A stretch of 64,000 nucleotides of DNA from Bordetella parapertussis (GTDB taxonomy: Bacteria; Pseudomonadota; Gammaproteobacteria; Burkholderiales; SG8-41). A program made the position numbers and the translations under genes. Where the stretch lies: positions 17,618 to 81,617 of the forward strand of contig CAMDRT010000009.1 in NCBI GenBank assembly GCA_945906815.1, written 5' to 3'. Under the pieces are notes generated by a model. The model was not told the DNA's origin. It did not search any database and was given only the letters and a program-made list of their open reading frames with translations. Positions 42,716 through 52,793 of the stretch are shown here, piece by piece. The first letter of the stretch is position 1. Each line of letters starts with the position of its first letter.

Positions 42716-44173
42716 TTATCTACGCCAGAATGCGGGGGTGAAAATAATCAGCAGCGTAAACAGTTCCAGCCGGCCGAGCAGCATGGCAAAGGTACACACC
42801 CAGGTTTGAAAATCGCTGAGCACGGCAAAAGTCGTTGCCGGGCCTACCTGATTCAATCCCGGCCCGGTGTTGTTGACACACGCGACCACCGCGCTGAACG
42901 CGGTCACGAAATCAAGCCCGCTGGCCACCAGCACCAGGGTCATGAAAACGATACAACACACGTACACAAACATGAATGCGAGCACCGCAAAAACCACTTT
43001 ATTTTCTATAACCTGTCCACCAATCTTGGCGGGTGACACGGCATGCGGATGCAGCAGTTTGATGGTTTCGCGGTACACCTGCACGTAAAGCAATTGCGCG
43101 CGTATCATCTTGATGCCGCCGCCGGTGGAGCCGGAGCACGTAGCAAAGCAACACAGAAACAACATCCACAACGGCGCGAACATCGGCCACAGGTTGTAAT
43201 CAACACTGGCGAAGCCGGTGGTGGTGGCTATCGACACCACGTTAAACGATGCGTGGCGCAGCGCCTCCCCGAAACTGGGATAGGTTTTCATCAGGTAGAG
43301 ATAGCCGGCGATACCCACACAACTGGCGAGGGTGACCAGCAAAAACATGCCGGCTTCCGTGTCGCGGAAGTACGGCGCCATCGTATGCCCGCGAAAAGCC
43401 ACAAAATGCGTGCCAAAGTTGATACCGGCCACCAGCATGAATGCGATACTGACGGCCTCTATCGTTGGCGAATTCCAAAAGCCAAAGCTCGCGTCGTGAC
43501 TGGAAAACCCACCCAGGCCCATGGTTGAAAACATGTGCATCACCGCATCCAGCCAATTCATTCCGGCGAGCCGGTAGGCGATCAAACACAGCAGCGAAAT
43601 CAGCGCATACACCACCCACAGGCCTTTGGCAGTCTCGGTAATGCGCGGGGTGAGTTGCGAATCTTTCATCGGCCCCGGTGTTTCGGCCTTGAATATCTGC
43701 CGCCCGCCGACGCCCAGCAGCGGCAATATCGCCACCGCCAGCACGATCAACCCCATACCGCCTAGCCATACCAGCAGCCCGCGCCAGATATTGAGCGAGG
43801 GCGCCAGTTTATCCAGATCGCTCAGCACCGTGGCACCGGTGGTGGTGAGGCCTGAAATGGTTTCGAAGTAAGCATCGGTAATCGACAGGCCGGGAATCAT
43901 CAGCAGCAGTGGCAGCGTCGCGAACGCCGCCCCACCCGTCCATGCCAGCACCACCAGCAGCATGCCGTCGCGCGGCTTGAGTTCGCGCTGAATGTTGCGC
44001 GTGACCATGAACGCGATCAAGGCCACCGCAAAATTAAACGCCAGCGACACGCAAAACGCGCGCAGCGCGCCGTCGTCGTAGATCAGCGAAACTGCGATCG
44101 GCACCAAATGTGACAGGCTCATCACCATGCCGATCACGGCGAGCGGACGCATGACCGCGAGCAGGGGTTTCAT
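42716..44173 (-). CDS. trkH: Trk-type potassium uptake membrane subunit TrkH
   Basis: This is a 485-aa polytopic protein with repeated selectivity-filter-like motifs (TTGAT, MGLGGF, TTTGF, GSTGGG). Confidence 0.9.
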   Translation of the reverse strand: MKPLLAVMRPLAVIGMVMSLSHLVPIAVSLIYDDGALRAFCVSLAFNFAVALIAFMVTRNIQRELKPRDGMLLVVLAWTGGAAFATLPLLLMIPGLSITDAYFETISGLTTTGATVLSDLDKLAPSLNIWRGLLVWLGGMGLIVLAVAILPLLGVGGRQIFKAETPGPMKDSQLTPRITETAKGLWVVYALISLLCLIAYRLAGMNWLDAVMHMFSTMGLGGFSSHDASFGFWNSPTIEAVSIAFMLVAGINFGTHFVAFRGHTMAPYFRDTEAGMFLLVTLASCVGIAGYLYLMKTYPSFGEALRHASFNVVSIATTTGFASVDYNLWPMFAPLWMLFLCCFATCSGSTGGGIKMIRAQLLYVQVYRETIKLLHPHAVSPAKIGGQVIENKVVFAVLAFMFVYVCCIVFMTLVLVASGLDFVTAFSAVVACVNNTGPGLNQVGPATTFAVLSDFQTWVCTFAMLLGRLELFTLLIIFTPAFWRR

Positions 44174-44187
44174 GGCGTGAGCTGCGC

Positions 44188-45618
44188 TTAAAAAAACCCG
44201 ACCGCGACCTGGAACAATTTTTCAACTCGCGGCACCATGCGTTTATTCACCACGAATACCATCACATGGTCGTCCGCTTCTATCACCGTATCGTGATGAG
44301 CGATGATGACTTGATCGTCCGCTGCCCCCTGAGTGTGCTCGCCCTGCACACTGCCCGCGCCGGCGATGGCGCGCCGCCGCACAATCGCGCCGATGGTGGC
44401 ACCCTTGGGCAAATCAATTTCCTCAATGCGCCGCCCTACCACTTGCGACGATTGGGCATCGCCATGGGCCACCAGTTCCAGCGCTTCCGCCGCGCCACGC
44501 CGCAGCGAATGCACCGCCGCCACATCGCCGCGGCGCACATGCGCGAGCAAGGTACCGATGGTGGCCTGTGCCGGTGAAATGGCGATGTCGATGCGTCCTT
44601 CCTGCAACAGGTTGACGTACGAGGTGCGGTTAATCAGCGCGATCACCTTGCGCACACCCATGCGCTTGGCGAGCAGCGCCGACATGATGTTGTCCTCATC
44701 GTCGTTGGTGAGCGCGCAATAGACGTCCATCTCGCCGATGTTTTCGGATTCCAGCAATTCCTCGTCGGTGACATCGCCCTGCAGCACCAGCGCTTTGCTC
44801 AGCTCGGCGGCAAGGCGCTCGGCACCGGCCTTGCTGTATTCGATAATCTTGACCTCGCACTTGTGCTCGATGGCCTTGGCCAGCAGCCGCCCGATATTGC
44901 CGCCGCCGCCCAGCATCACCCGTTTCACCGGCTTGTCCATGCGCCGCAATTCACGCAGCACGCCACGCAGGTTTTCGGTAGCGGCAATCAGAAACACTTC
45001 ATCGCCGGCTTCAACTATGGTGTTGCCTTCGGGGGGGATCGGCGCGTCTTGCCGAAAAATAGCCGCTACGCGCGCGTCAATCTGCGGCATATGCGTGCGC
45101 ATATAGGATATTTCACGGCCCACCAGCGGACCGCCATGATAGGCGCGCACCGCCGCCAGACTGACTTTGCCCTGCGCGAATTCCAGCACTTGCAGCGCCT
45201 CCGGGAATTCCAGCAACTTCACGATATAGTCCGTCAGCAATTGCTCCGGACAAATCGGCACGTCCACCGCGAAATTGTCGCGTGAAAAAATCTCTGGATG
45301 CGACAGATAATCCGCCGAGCGGATGCGCGCAATCTTGGTCGGCGTGTTGAACAAGGTAGACGCGAGTTTGCACGCCACCATATTGGTTTCGTCGCTTTGG
45401 GTCACCGCAAACAACAAATCGGCATCGTTCAAACCCGCTTGTTCCAGCACCGCGGGATGCGCGGCGTTGCCGCAAACGGTGCGCACGTCGAGGCGGTCCT
45501 GCAGCGCACGTAAGCTTTCGCTGTTGGTATCGACGATGGTAATGTCGTTAGCCTCCGACGCCAGATTTTCGGCCACAGACGAACCCACTTGTCCTGCGCC
45601 CAGGATGACAATTTTCAC
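44188..45618 (-). CDS. trkA: Trk system NAD-binding subunit TrkA
   Basis: The start is set at a GTG 8 nt after a GGAG RBS, giving VKIVILGAGQVGSS (Rossmann fold). A second RCK/Rossmann repeat is present (VMLGGGGNIG). Confidence 0.9.
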   Translation of the reverse strand: MKIVILGAGQVGSSVAENLASEANDITIVDTNSESLRALQDRLDVRTVCGNAAHPAVLEQAGLNDADLLFAVTQSDETNMVACKLASTLFNTPTKIARIRSADYLSHPEIFSRDNFAVDVPICPEQLLTDYIVKLLEFPEALQVLEFAQGKVSLAAVRAYHGGPLVGREISYMRTHMPQIDARVAAIFRQDAPIPPEGNTIVEAGDEVFLIAATENLRGVLRELRRMDKPVKRVMLGGGGNIGRLLAKAIEHKCEVKIIEYSKAGAERLAAELSKALVLQGDVTDEELLESENIGEMDVYCALTNDDEDNIMSALLAKRMGVRKVIALINRTSYVNLLQEGRIDIAISPAQATIGTLLAHVRRGDVAAVHSLRRGAAEALELVAHGDAQSSQVVGRRIEEIDLPKGATIGAIVRRRAIAGAGSVQGEHTQGAADDQVIIAHHDTVIEADDHVMVFVVNKRMVPRVEKLFQVAVGFF

Positions 45619-45739
45619 AACGCAATCTCCACGGTAGTGGGCGATTCTAGCCTTTGCGCCCTGGCTGCGCCATGCGCGCAGGCGCCCGGCGCGCCACCAT
45701 CCTATGGCATAATCATCGTGCAAATTCGAAGGCAACCCA

Positions 45740-46462
45740 TTGACTCGATTATATTTTCCCGGCGAAATCGCCGATCACGGCGAGTGTCGCGTGGTGGCCG
45801 GGCAAGCGCACCATGTGATGCATGTCCTGCGCCTGCAGGTCGGCGCAGCGCTCACTTTATTTGATGGACGCGGGATGGAGTACGCCGCGCTGATCAAACG
45901 CATCGATAAGTCCGGCTTGACGCTGAGTGTGAGCAAGCGCCAGGCGGTAAGTCGCGAATCGCCGCTGACCGTGGTGCTGGCGCAGGGCATCTCCAGCGGC
46001 GAACGCATGGATTACACCGTACAAAAATGCGTCGAACTTGGCGTCACCGCGATCCAGCCGCTGATCACGCAACGCAGCGTGGTGCGCCTGTCGCCGGATC
46101 GTGCCGCTAAACGCGTGGCGCACTGGCAAAGCGTGGCCGCCGCCGCGTGCGAGCAATGCGGCCGCAACCAGGTGCCGCAAATCCTGCCGGTGCAGTCCCT
46201 GATGAATTGGCTGGGCGCACCCGCTGACGGCGCGCGTTATCTGTTGTCGCCGCGCGCCACTACCCGTTTGCGCGAACTGCAACGGCCGCAAGGCGCGCTA
46301 ACCTTGTTGGCGGGTCCAGAAGGCGGCTGGAACCCGGAGGAAACGGATGCCACGCGCGTGGCGGGCTACCTGCCGCTCACACTGGGGCCACGTGTGTTAC
46401 GCACGGAAACGGCGGCGGTGGCGGCACTGGCCGCCCTGCAAACGCTGTGGGGGGATTTTTGA
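45740..46462 (+). CDS. rsmE: 16S rRNA (uracil1498-N3)-methyltransferase RsmE
   Basis: The 240-aa protein has the N-terminal PUA-like region (HHVMHVLRLQVG) and the C-terminal SPOUT block LLAGPEGGWNPEE...LGPRVLRTETAA. Confidence 0.85.
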   Translation: MTRLYFPGEIADHGECRVVAGQAHHVMHVLRLQVGAALTLFDGRGMEYAALIKRIDKSGLTLSVSKRQAVSRESPLTVVLAQGISSGERMDYTVQKCVELGVTAIQPLITQRSVVRLSPDRAAKRVAHWQSVAAAACEQCGRNQVPQILPVQSLMNWLGAPADGARYLLSPRATTRLRELQRPQGALTLLAGPEGGWNPEETDATRVAGYLPLTLGPRVLRTETAAVAALAALQTLWGDF

Positions 46463-46557
46463 CGCTGCCTGTAGTGACCGCGCAAGCGCGCCGGGCGCAG
46501 CAGCTGACTTGCTACCTGATCCCGCGTAAACTTCTGTTTTAACAAAGGTACACGCTG

Positions 46558-47880
46558 ATGGCGGTTGCAGCACCCGATAAGTTTGTCCAATGGTTCCGGG
46601 CGGCGGCGCCGTACATCCACGCATTTCGCGGGCGCACGTTTGTCATCGCCTTTGGCGGCGAGGTGATGTCGGAGGCGCGATTTGTCGGCCTCAATCACGA
46701 TTTGAATCTGCTGGCGGCGCTGGGCGTACGGCTGGTGGTGGTGCATGGCGCGCGCGCGCAGATCGACGCCAAGTTGAAGGAAGTCGGCCACACCACCCGT
46801 TATGTGCGCGGCCTGCGCGTCACCGACGATATCACGCTCGCCATTACCAAGGAAGCGAGCGGACGGCTGCGCGTGGAGATCGAGGCGCTGCTGTCGATGG
46901 GGCTGCCCAATTCGCCCATGGCGGGTGCTGACATTCGCGTTTCCAGCGGCAATTTCGTCACCGCTAAGCCCATCGGCATCCTCGACGGTGTTGATCTTCA
47001 ACACACCGGCGAAGTACGCAAAATCGACGTCGCGGCGATACGCGACCGGCTGAACTTCGGCGAACTGGTGCTGCTGTCGCCACTGGGGTACTCGGCCACC
47101 GGCGAAATTTTCAATGTGGCGCTGGAAAGCATTGCGCAGGCCGTAGCGGTGGCACTGGGCGCCGAGAAGCTGATATTCATGATGGATAAGCCCGGTGTCA
47201 CCAACCCGCGCGGACATTTACTGCGTGAATTGACACCGCTGCAAGCGCGCAAATTTCTCGCCCGCAAAGGCAGTGCGCTGGACGGGGATGCACGCTTTTA
47301 CTTGCCGTGCGCGGTACGCGCGTGTGAACTAGGTGTGGCGCGCGCGCATTTGATTTCGCGTCACGCCGACGGCGCGTTGTTGCAGGAGTTGTTCACGCAC
47401 CAGGGGGTGGGCACCATGATTGCGCCTGACCCGGTGGAAAATTTGCGTGACGCCAAAATAACCGACATCGGCGGCATTTTGCAACTGATCGAGCCGCTGG
47501 AAGCCGACGGCACCCTGGTCAAGCGCAGCCGCGATTTGCTGGAGATGGAAATCGGGCGCTTCAGTGTGCTCGATCGTGATGGCATGATTATCGGCTGTGC
47601 CGCACTGTATCCGTTCGCCGAGGAGCGCGCCGTGGAGCTGGCCTGTGTGGTGGTGCATCCCGACTTTCGCGGTCGCGATGCGGGTGAGCGCTTGCTGGCC
47701 GCGATGGAGCAACGCGCGCGCCGCCAGCGTTTCAAGAAACTGTTCGTGCTCACCACGCGCGCCGAACATTGGTTCATCGAACACGGCTACGCCGAAGTGG
47801 ATGTCGATGAATTGCCCGCGCAAAAGCGCGAGATGTACAACTACCAGCGGCGCTCTGTGGTACTCACCAAGAAGCTGTAA
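46558..47880 (+). CDS. argA: Amino-acid N-acetyltransferase (N-acetylglutamate synthase)
   Basis: The N-terminal amino-acid-kinase domain (FRGRTFVIAFGGE) is followed by a C-terminal GNAT domain (HPDFRGRDAGERLL). Confidence 0.9.
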   Translation: MAVAAPDKFVQWFRAAAPYIHAFRGRTFVIAFGGEVMSEARFVGLNHDLNLLAALGVRLVVVHGARAQIDAKLKEVGHTTRYVRGLRVTDDITLAITKEASGRLRVEIEALLSMGLPNSPMAGADIRVSSGNFVTAKPIGILDGVDLQHTGEVRKIDVAAIRDRLNFGELVLLSPLGYSATGEIFNVALESIAQAVAVALGAEKLIFMMDKPGVTNPRGHLLRELTPLQARKFLARKGSALDGDARFYLPCAVRACELGVARAHLISRHADGALLQELFTHQGVGTMIAPDPVENLRDAKITDIGGILQLIEPLEADGTLVKRSRDLLEMEIGRFSVLDRDGMIIGCAALYPFAEERAVELACVVVHPDFRGRDAGERLLAAMEQRARRQRFKKLFVLTTRAEHWFIEHGYAEVDVDELPAQKREMYNYQRRSVVLTKKL

Positions 47881-47889
47881 TGGCCGGCG

Positions 47890-49809
47890 ATGAGTACCAA
47901 CCAGAAGCATTTTCTACAACAACAGGGACCCTTTGCCGGCCTGCTGTTGCTGTGTCTGGCGCTGGGCGTGGCGACCGCCGCCAGCTTCGATGCGTGGAGC
48001 GACGGCGGCGACGGTGAATCCAGCGCTGCCGGGGTTTACGCGGCAGGCGCCGCCGCGCTGACGTTGGTGATAGCGGCGGCGCTGACCTGGCTTAACCGGA
48101 TGACGCAAGCGCAAGCGGCTGCACACGACGCTGGCGCGCGCGAACGGGAGGACCACGCGCACTTGTGGGCGCTGCTGAGCAGCATGGAGCTGGGCATGCT
48201 TTTCATGTCGGAGCGCGGGCATGTGGTGTATTGCAACCCCGCATTTTTACGCATCTGGAAAGTGCCGCCGGAGCCGGGCGTGATCGGTGCGACGCTGGAC
48301 GAGTTGCTCACGCTAACCGGCTGCACCCTGGCGCGTCCCGCCGAACAGTCGCGGTTTGTGATGCGCGCGCCACCCGGCGACAGCGCCGGGGTCAAACTCG
48401 ATTTGGCGATGGCCGACGGGCGCTTCATCACCCAGCAAAGCCATCCGGTAAACGACGCGCTGGGCCGCCTGTGGGTGTTCGAAGATGTGACGGTGGAGCG
48501 ACGTAACGCCACACAGTTGGTGCAGTTGACCGAGCGCGATGCGTTGACCGGGCTCTACAACCGTCACCGCTTCAACGAAGAAAGCGTGCGCATGAGCGCT
48601 GACGCACAACGCAACGGCACGCGGCTGGCGCTGCTGTTTTTTAATCTTGACGGCTTTAAACACATCAACGATACCTTTGGCCACCGCGCGGGCGATGCCA
48701 TGCTGATTAAGGTGGCGAGCGAGATTGGCGGCCAGGTGCGCCGCAATGAAATATTCGCACGGCTGCGCGGTGATGAATTCGCGATTCTGGTGCCGGACGC
48801 GGTAGACGAATTGCTCAGAGTGCTGGCGGAAAGAGTCACCCGCTCGATCAGTCAGATGCGCATCGCGTTCGAGGGGCAGACGATGCGCGTCTCCTGCAGT
48901 TGTGGCATCGCGGTGTGTCCCGACAACGCCACCACGCCCGGCACCCTGATGGCATGCGCCGACGCCGCCATGAATCAGGTCAAAGAGGCGGGCAAGAATG
49001 ACTGGCGCTTTTACCGTTCGCCCACTGCTGCCAGGCAGGCCTCGATGCTGTCGCCGCTGTCGCCCGAGGGGCGCATACGGCATGCGCTGGAAAATAATCT
49101 GCTGGTGCCACATCTACAAGGCATTTACGCCACCGGCAGCCACGCGCTGCGGCACTATGAAGTGCTGATGCGTGTGCGCGACCCGGAAAATCCGCACGCC
49201 ATGCTGCTGCCCAACGCATTTATTGCGATGGCAGAAAAATCCGCCAGCATCGTGGATGTCGACCGCTGGATGCTGGCGCAGGCGATACAAAAATTGGGCG
49301 CGGCGCCGGGCATACCGGCGCTCGCAGTGAACGTCTCCGGCCGCTCGCTGGATGACGCAACGCTGCCCGCGTTTATCGCCGGCGAGCTCCAGCGCCACGG
49401 TGTAGCCGCGCAACGCCTGTGGGTGGAGTTGACCGAGACCGCGGCGGTGTCAGACCTGCATGACGCGCGGCGCTTTATCGAAGCGTTGCAAGCCACCGGC
49501 TGCAGCGTGAGTCTGGATGATTTTGGCAACGGGTTTGCGTCGTTCGCGTACCTCAAGCACCTGAACGTGGATGCCATCAAGATCGATGGGCTGTTCATTC
49601 GCGACCTGCCGCAAGATCGCGAGAACCAATTGTTCGTGCAGGCCATCGTCACGGTCGCGCGCGGGCTGCACAAAACCACCATCGCTGAATGCGTCGAAGA
49701 CGAGGCCACGCTCAAAATACTCGCCACCCTGGGCGTGGATTATGTGCAGGGCTTTCATTTTGAAATGCCGCATGTGATGTCGGAAAACGGAAAAATAACA
49801 CCAGCCTAA
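47890..49809 (+). CDS. Membrane PAS-GGDEF-EAL signalling protein (degenerate GGDEF, EVL-type EAL)
   Basis: The GGDEF position reads RLRGDEF. The EAL position reads YEVLMR, with downstream DDFGNGFAS and KIDG motifs. Confidence 0.85.
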   Translation: MSTNQKHFLQQQGPFAGLLLLCLALGVATAASFDAWSDGGDGESSAAGVYAAGAAALTLVIAAALTWLNRMTQAQAAAHDAGAREREDHAHLWALLSSMELGMLFMSERGHVVYCNPAFLRIWKVPPEPGVIGATLDELLTLTGCTLARPAEQSRFVMRAPPGDSAGVKLDLAMADGRFITQQSHPVNDALGRLWVFEDVTVERRNATQLVQLTERDALTGLYNRHRFNEESVRMSADAQRNGTRLALLFFNLDGFKHINDTFGHRAGDAMLIKVASEIGGQVRRNEIFARLRGDEFAILVPDAVDELLRVLAERVTRSISQMRIAFEGQTMRVSCSCGIAVCPDNATTPGTLMACADAAMNQVKEAGKNDWRFYRSPTAARQASMLSPLSPEGRIRHALENNLLVPHLQGIYATGSHALRHYEVLMRVRDPENPHAMLLPNAFIAMAEKSASIVDVDRWMLAQAIQKLGAAPGIPALAVNVSGRSLDDATLPAFIAGELQRHGVAAQRLWVELTETAAVSDLHDARRFIEALQATGCSVSLDDFGNGFASFAYLKHLNVDAIKIDGLFIRDLPQDRENQLFVQAIVTVARGLHKTTIAECVEDEATLKILATLGVDYVQGFHFEMPHVMSENGKITPA

Positions 49810-49836
49810 AATAGCGTCGCTCGCCACACCAGGAAA

Positions 49837-51462
49837 TTGCCCATGCACTGGATCTCCCCTGCAGAGAAGGACATCGGCACCGCCACGCTGGAAAAACGCC
49901 TGTGGGATGCCGCCGACCAGTTCCGCGCCAACTCCGGCCTCAAGGCCCAGGAATATTCCGCGCCGGTGCTTGGTCTCATCTTCCTGCGCTTCGCCGAAGT
50001 GCGCTTCGCCGTGCAGCGCGCCAAGCTGGAGAAAGGTGATGCCTCGTCGCGGCGAGGCTCGCGCGTGGAACAACCTGCTGCCTACTACGCCGCAGGCAGC
50101 CTCTACCTGCCCGCCGAGGCGCGCTTCGATTACCTGCTCAACCGCCCGGAGGGCGACGACATCGGTGCCAGGGTCAATGCCGCCATGCGCGACATCGAAA
50201 AGCACAACCCGCAGCTCGCCGGCGTCCTGCCCAAAACCTACAACCTCTTCACCAGTACCCTGCTCAAGGAACTACTCAAGAATATCTCCGAGATACCCGC
50301 CTCGATGGATTACGACGCCTTCGGGCGCATCTACGAATACTTCCACGGCGAGTTCGCCCGCAGCGAGGGCCAGAAAGGCGGCGAGTTCTACACCCCCAGC
50401 ACCATGGTTCGCCTCCTCACCGAAGTCATCGAGCCGTATCACGGGCGCATCCTCGACCTCGCGTGCGGCACGGGCGGCATGTTCGTGCAATCTGCCCGTT
50501 TCGTGGCCGAACACAAAAACAACCCCGCTGCGGAACTCTCCATCCATGGCGTCGAGAAAACCGACGAAACCGGACGCCTGTGCCGCCTCAATCTCGCCGT
50601 CCACGGTCTCGAAGGCGATATCCGCCACGGCGGCAACGTCAACAGCTACTACGACGACCCGCACAATGCCACCGGCCGCTTCGACTTCGTGCTCGCCAAT
50701 CCGCCGTTCAACGTCAACGCCGTCGACAAGGAGCGTCTGAAAGACGCCGTCGGCCCGGGCCGTCGCTTTGCCTTCGGCCTGCCGCGCACCGACAACGCCA
50801 ACTACCTGTGGATACAACTCTTCCACTCCGCGTTCAATGAAAAGGGCCGTGGCGGATTCGTCATGGCCAACTCCGCCTCCGACGCGCGCAGCTCTGAGCA
50901 GGACATCCGCAGCCAACTCATCGCCAGCCGCGTGGTGGACGTGATGGTCGCTGTCGGCCCGAACATGTTCTACACCGTCACCCTACCCTGCACCTTGTGG
51001 TTCCTGGACAAGGGCAAGACGCAATCAACGCGCGGCGACACCGTGCTGTTCCTCGATGCTCGTCACATCTACCGGCAGGTGGACCGCGCGCACCGTGATT
51101 GGGCGCCCGCGCAGCTTGGCTTTCTCGCAAACCTTGTACGGCTCTATCGCGGCGATGAACTCGACTTTACCCTCGGCGGCGACGAAGCCCGCGCGAAGAT
51201 CGAAGAACTCTTCGGCAAGAAACCGAAATACGCCGACGTACCTGGCCTGTGCAAGGCTGCGACATTGAAAGAGATTGAAGCGCAAGGATGGAGTCTCAAT
51301 CCCGGGCGCTACGTGGGCGTGGCCGCAGGCGACGCCGTGAGCGACGAGGACTTCAAGGAACAACTCGAAACCATGAACGAGGAACTCGAAGTCCTCAACG
51401 CCCAAGCGCGCGACCTCGAACGAACCATCGCCGGCAACGTGGCGGAGATTCTGGAAACATGA
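49837..51462 (+). CDS. hsdM: Type I restriction-modification system methyltransferase subunit HsdM
   Basis: It has an HsdM N-terminal domain ([11 protein letters not shown]), SAM motif [10 protein letters not shown] and catalytic motif IV LANPPFN. Confidence 0.92.
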   Translation: MPMHWISPAEKDIGTATLEKRLWDAADQFRANSGLKAQEYSAPVLGLIFLRFAEVRFAVQRAKLEKGDASSRRGSRVEQPAAYYAAGSLYLPAEARFDYLLNRPEGDDIGARVNAAMRDIEKHNPQLAGVLPKTYNLFTSTLLKELLKNISEIPASMDYDAFGRIYEYFHGEFARSEGQKGGEFYTPSTMVRLLTEVIEPYHGRILDLACGTGGMFVQSARFVAEHKNNPAAELSIHGVEKTDETGRLCRLNLAVHGLEGDIRHGGNVNSYYDDPHNATGRFDFVLANPPFNVNAVDKERLKDAVGPGRRFAFGLPRTDNANYLWIQLFHSAFNEKGRGGFVMANSASDARSSEQDIRSQLIASRVVDVMVAVGPNMFYTVTLPCTLWFLDKGKTQSTRGDTVLFLDARHIYRQVDRAHRDWAPAQLGFLANLVRLYRGDELDFTLGGDEARAKIEELFGKKPKYADVPGLCKAATLKEIEAQGWSLNPGRYVGVAAGDAVSDEDFKEQLETMNEELEVLNAQARDLERTIAGNVAEILET

Positions 51463-52505
51463 GCGCTTCAAAAGAAATCCATCCTCCAGCCAATGGCCAA
51501 TTCCTAGTCTATACGGCCGAGGACGGGCGGACGAAAATCGAAGTCCGGCTGGAGAACGAAACCGTCTGGCTGACTCAGCAGCATATGGCCGATCTCTTTC
51601 AGACTACCAAGCAGAACGTGAGTCTGCACCTACAAAACGTCTTTTCGGAGCGGGAGTTGGAGCGCGAAGGAACTGTCAAGGAATCCTTGACAGTTCAACA
51701 GGAGGGCGGGCGTTCAGTCCAGCGGCGGATGGAGTTTTACAACCTCGACGCCATCATCTCCGTCGGCTACCGCGTCAAAAGCGCCGTCGCCACCCGCTTT
51801 CGCATCTGGGCCACGCAGAACCTGCGTGAATTCATCGTCAAGGGCTTCGTCCTCGACGACGAGCGCCTGAAAAATCCCGACCAGCCTTTCGATTATTTCG
51901 ACGAGTTGCTGCGGCGGATTCAGGACATCCGCACCTCCGAGCGGCGCTTTTACCAGAAGATCACCGACATCTACGCCACCAGCATCGACTACGATCCCAC
52001 CCAGCCGCTCAGCATCGAGTTCTTCCAGACCGTGCAGAACAAAATGCACTGGGCCATCACCGGCCACACGGCAGCGGAGATCATCCATACCCGTGCCGAT
52101 GCCGCGAAGCCCCACATGGGGCTGACCAACTGGCGCGGTGCGAAAGTCCGCAAGCACGATGTCACCATCGCCAAGAATTATCTCGACGAGCAGGAACTTG
52201 CCGTGCTGAACAACCTGGTTGAGCAATACCTCGTGTTCGCAGAAGGCCAGGCCATGCGCCGCGCTCCCATGCACATGCGCGACTGGATCAGCAAACTCCA
52301 TGGCTTTCTGACCTTGAACGAACGCGCCATTCTGAACCATGCAGGAGAAATATCGCACGAGATGGCGAAGGAACTCGCGGAGGCGGAATACGAGAAATTC
52401 CAACGCGAACAGATTAAGCAAGCCGACCAGGCTGGCGGCGATTTCGACAAGGCCATCAAACAAGTGCCGTCCCAGCCACAACGGAAGAAGGCGAGCAAGA
52501 AATGA
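51459..52505 (+). CDS. rhuM: RhuM-family protein (COG3943-like) embedded in the type I R-M operon
   Basis: The ATG overlaps the hsdM stop (ATGA). The N-terminus [48 protein letters not shown] and the block [15 protein letters not shown] match the remembered RhuM pattern. Confidence 0.8.
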   Translation: MSASKEIHPPANGQFLVYTAEDGRTKIEVRLENETVWLTQQHMADLFQTTKQNVSLHLQNVFSERELEREGTVKESLTVQQEGGRSVQRRMEFYNLDAIISVGYRVKSAVATRFRIWATQNLREFIVKGFVLDDERLKNPDQPFDYFDELLRRIQDIRTSERRFYQKITDIYATSIDYDPTQPLSIEFFQTVQNKMHWAITGHTAAEIIHTRADAAKPHMGLTNWRGAKVRKHDVTIAKNYLDEQELAVLNNLVEQYLVFAEGQAMRRAPMHMRDWISKLHGFLTLNERAILNHAGEISHEMAKELAEAEYEKFQREQIKQADQAGGDFDKAIKQVPSQPQRKKASKK

Positions 52506-52587
52506 GCGGCTCGACAAATGCAAATGGAAGCGCGCAACTTCGAACAACCGTCGCCGGGAACGAAGTGGCGATTCTGGAGGAGTAACG

Positions 52588-52737
52588 ATGGCAAAGGATT
52601 GGCGAACAGCGAAGCTTGGTGAGTTGGTTGCCTTCAAGGCAGGCAAGCTTGACTCAAATGCCGCAGTTCCTGATGGCGACTACACGCCATCGGCTGCCAC
52701 AACAGTGATGTGGCCATGCAGGTGCAGAATTTGCTGA
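52588..52737 (+). pseudogene. hsdS: Truncated hsdS (specificity subunit) stub, about 49 codons
   Basis: A GGAGG RBS precedes MAKDWRTAKLGELVAFKAGKLDSNAAVPDGDY, which looks like the start of an HsdS target-recognition domain. The similarity then ends and a stop follows. No second TRD or central/C-terminal conserved helices occur anywhere in the locus. Confidence 0.5.
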
Positions 52738-52793
52738 AGTCTCAACACCATCGTCCGGCAGTGACTGTCGAATCGGAGTGGTATTATTAAATC

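Noticed and set aside
49810-49836. Mobile-element boundaries for the R-M block (also examined 58883-59110)
   Set aside because: No integrase, transposase, tRNA gene or flanking direct repeats were found at either junction. The block is called accessory on gene content only, not as a defined mobile element.
52505-52793. Search for a DarT (DUF4433) toxin upstream of the macrodomain gene
   Set aside because: Only 290 bp are available. All frames were read and contain only the hsdS-like stub and a 34-codon ORF with no DarT-like motifs, so no toxin can be called here.
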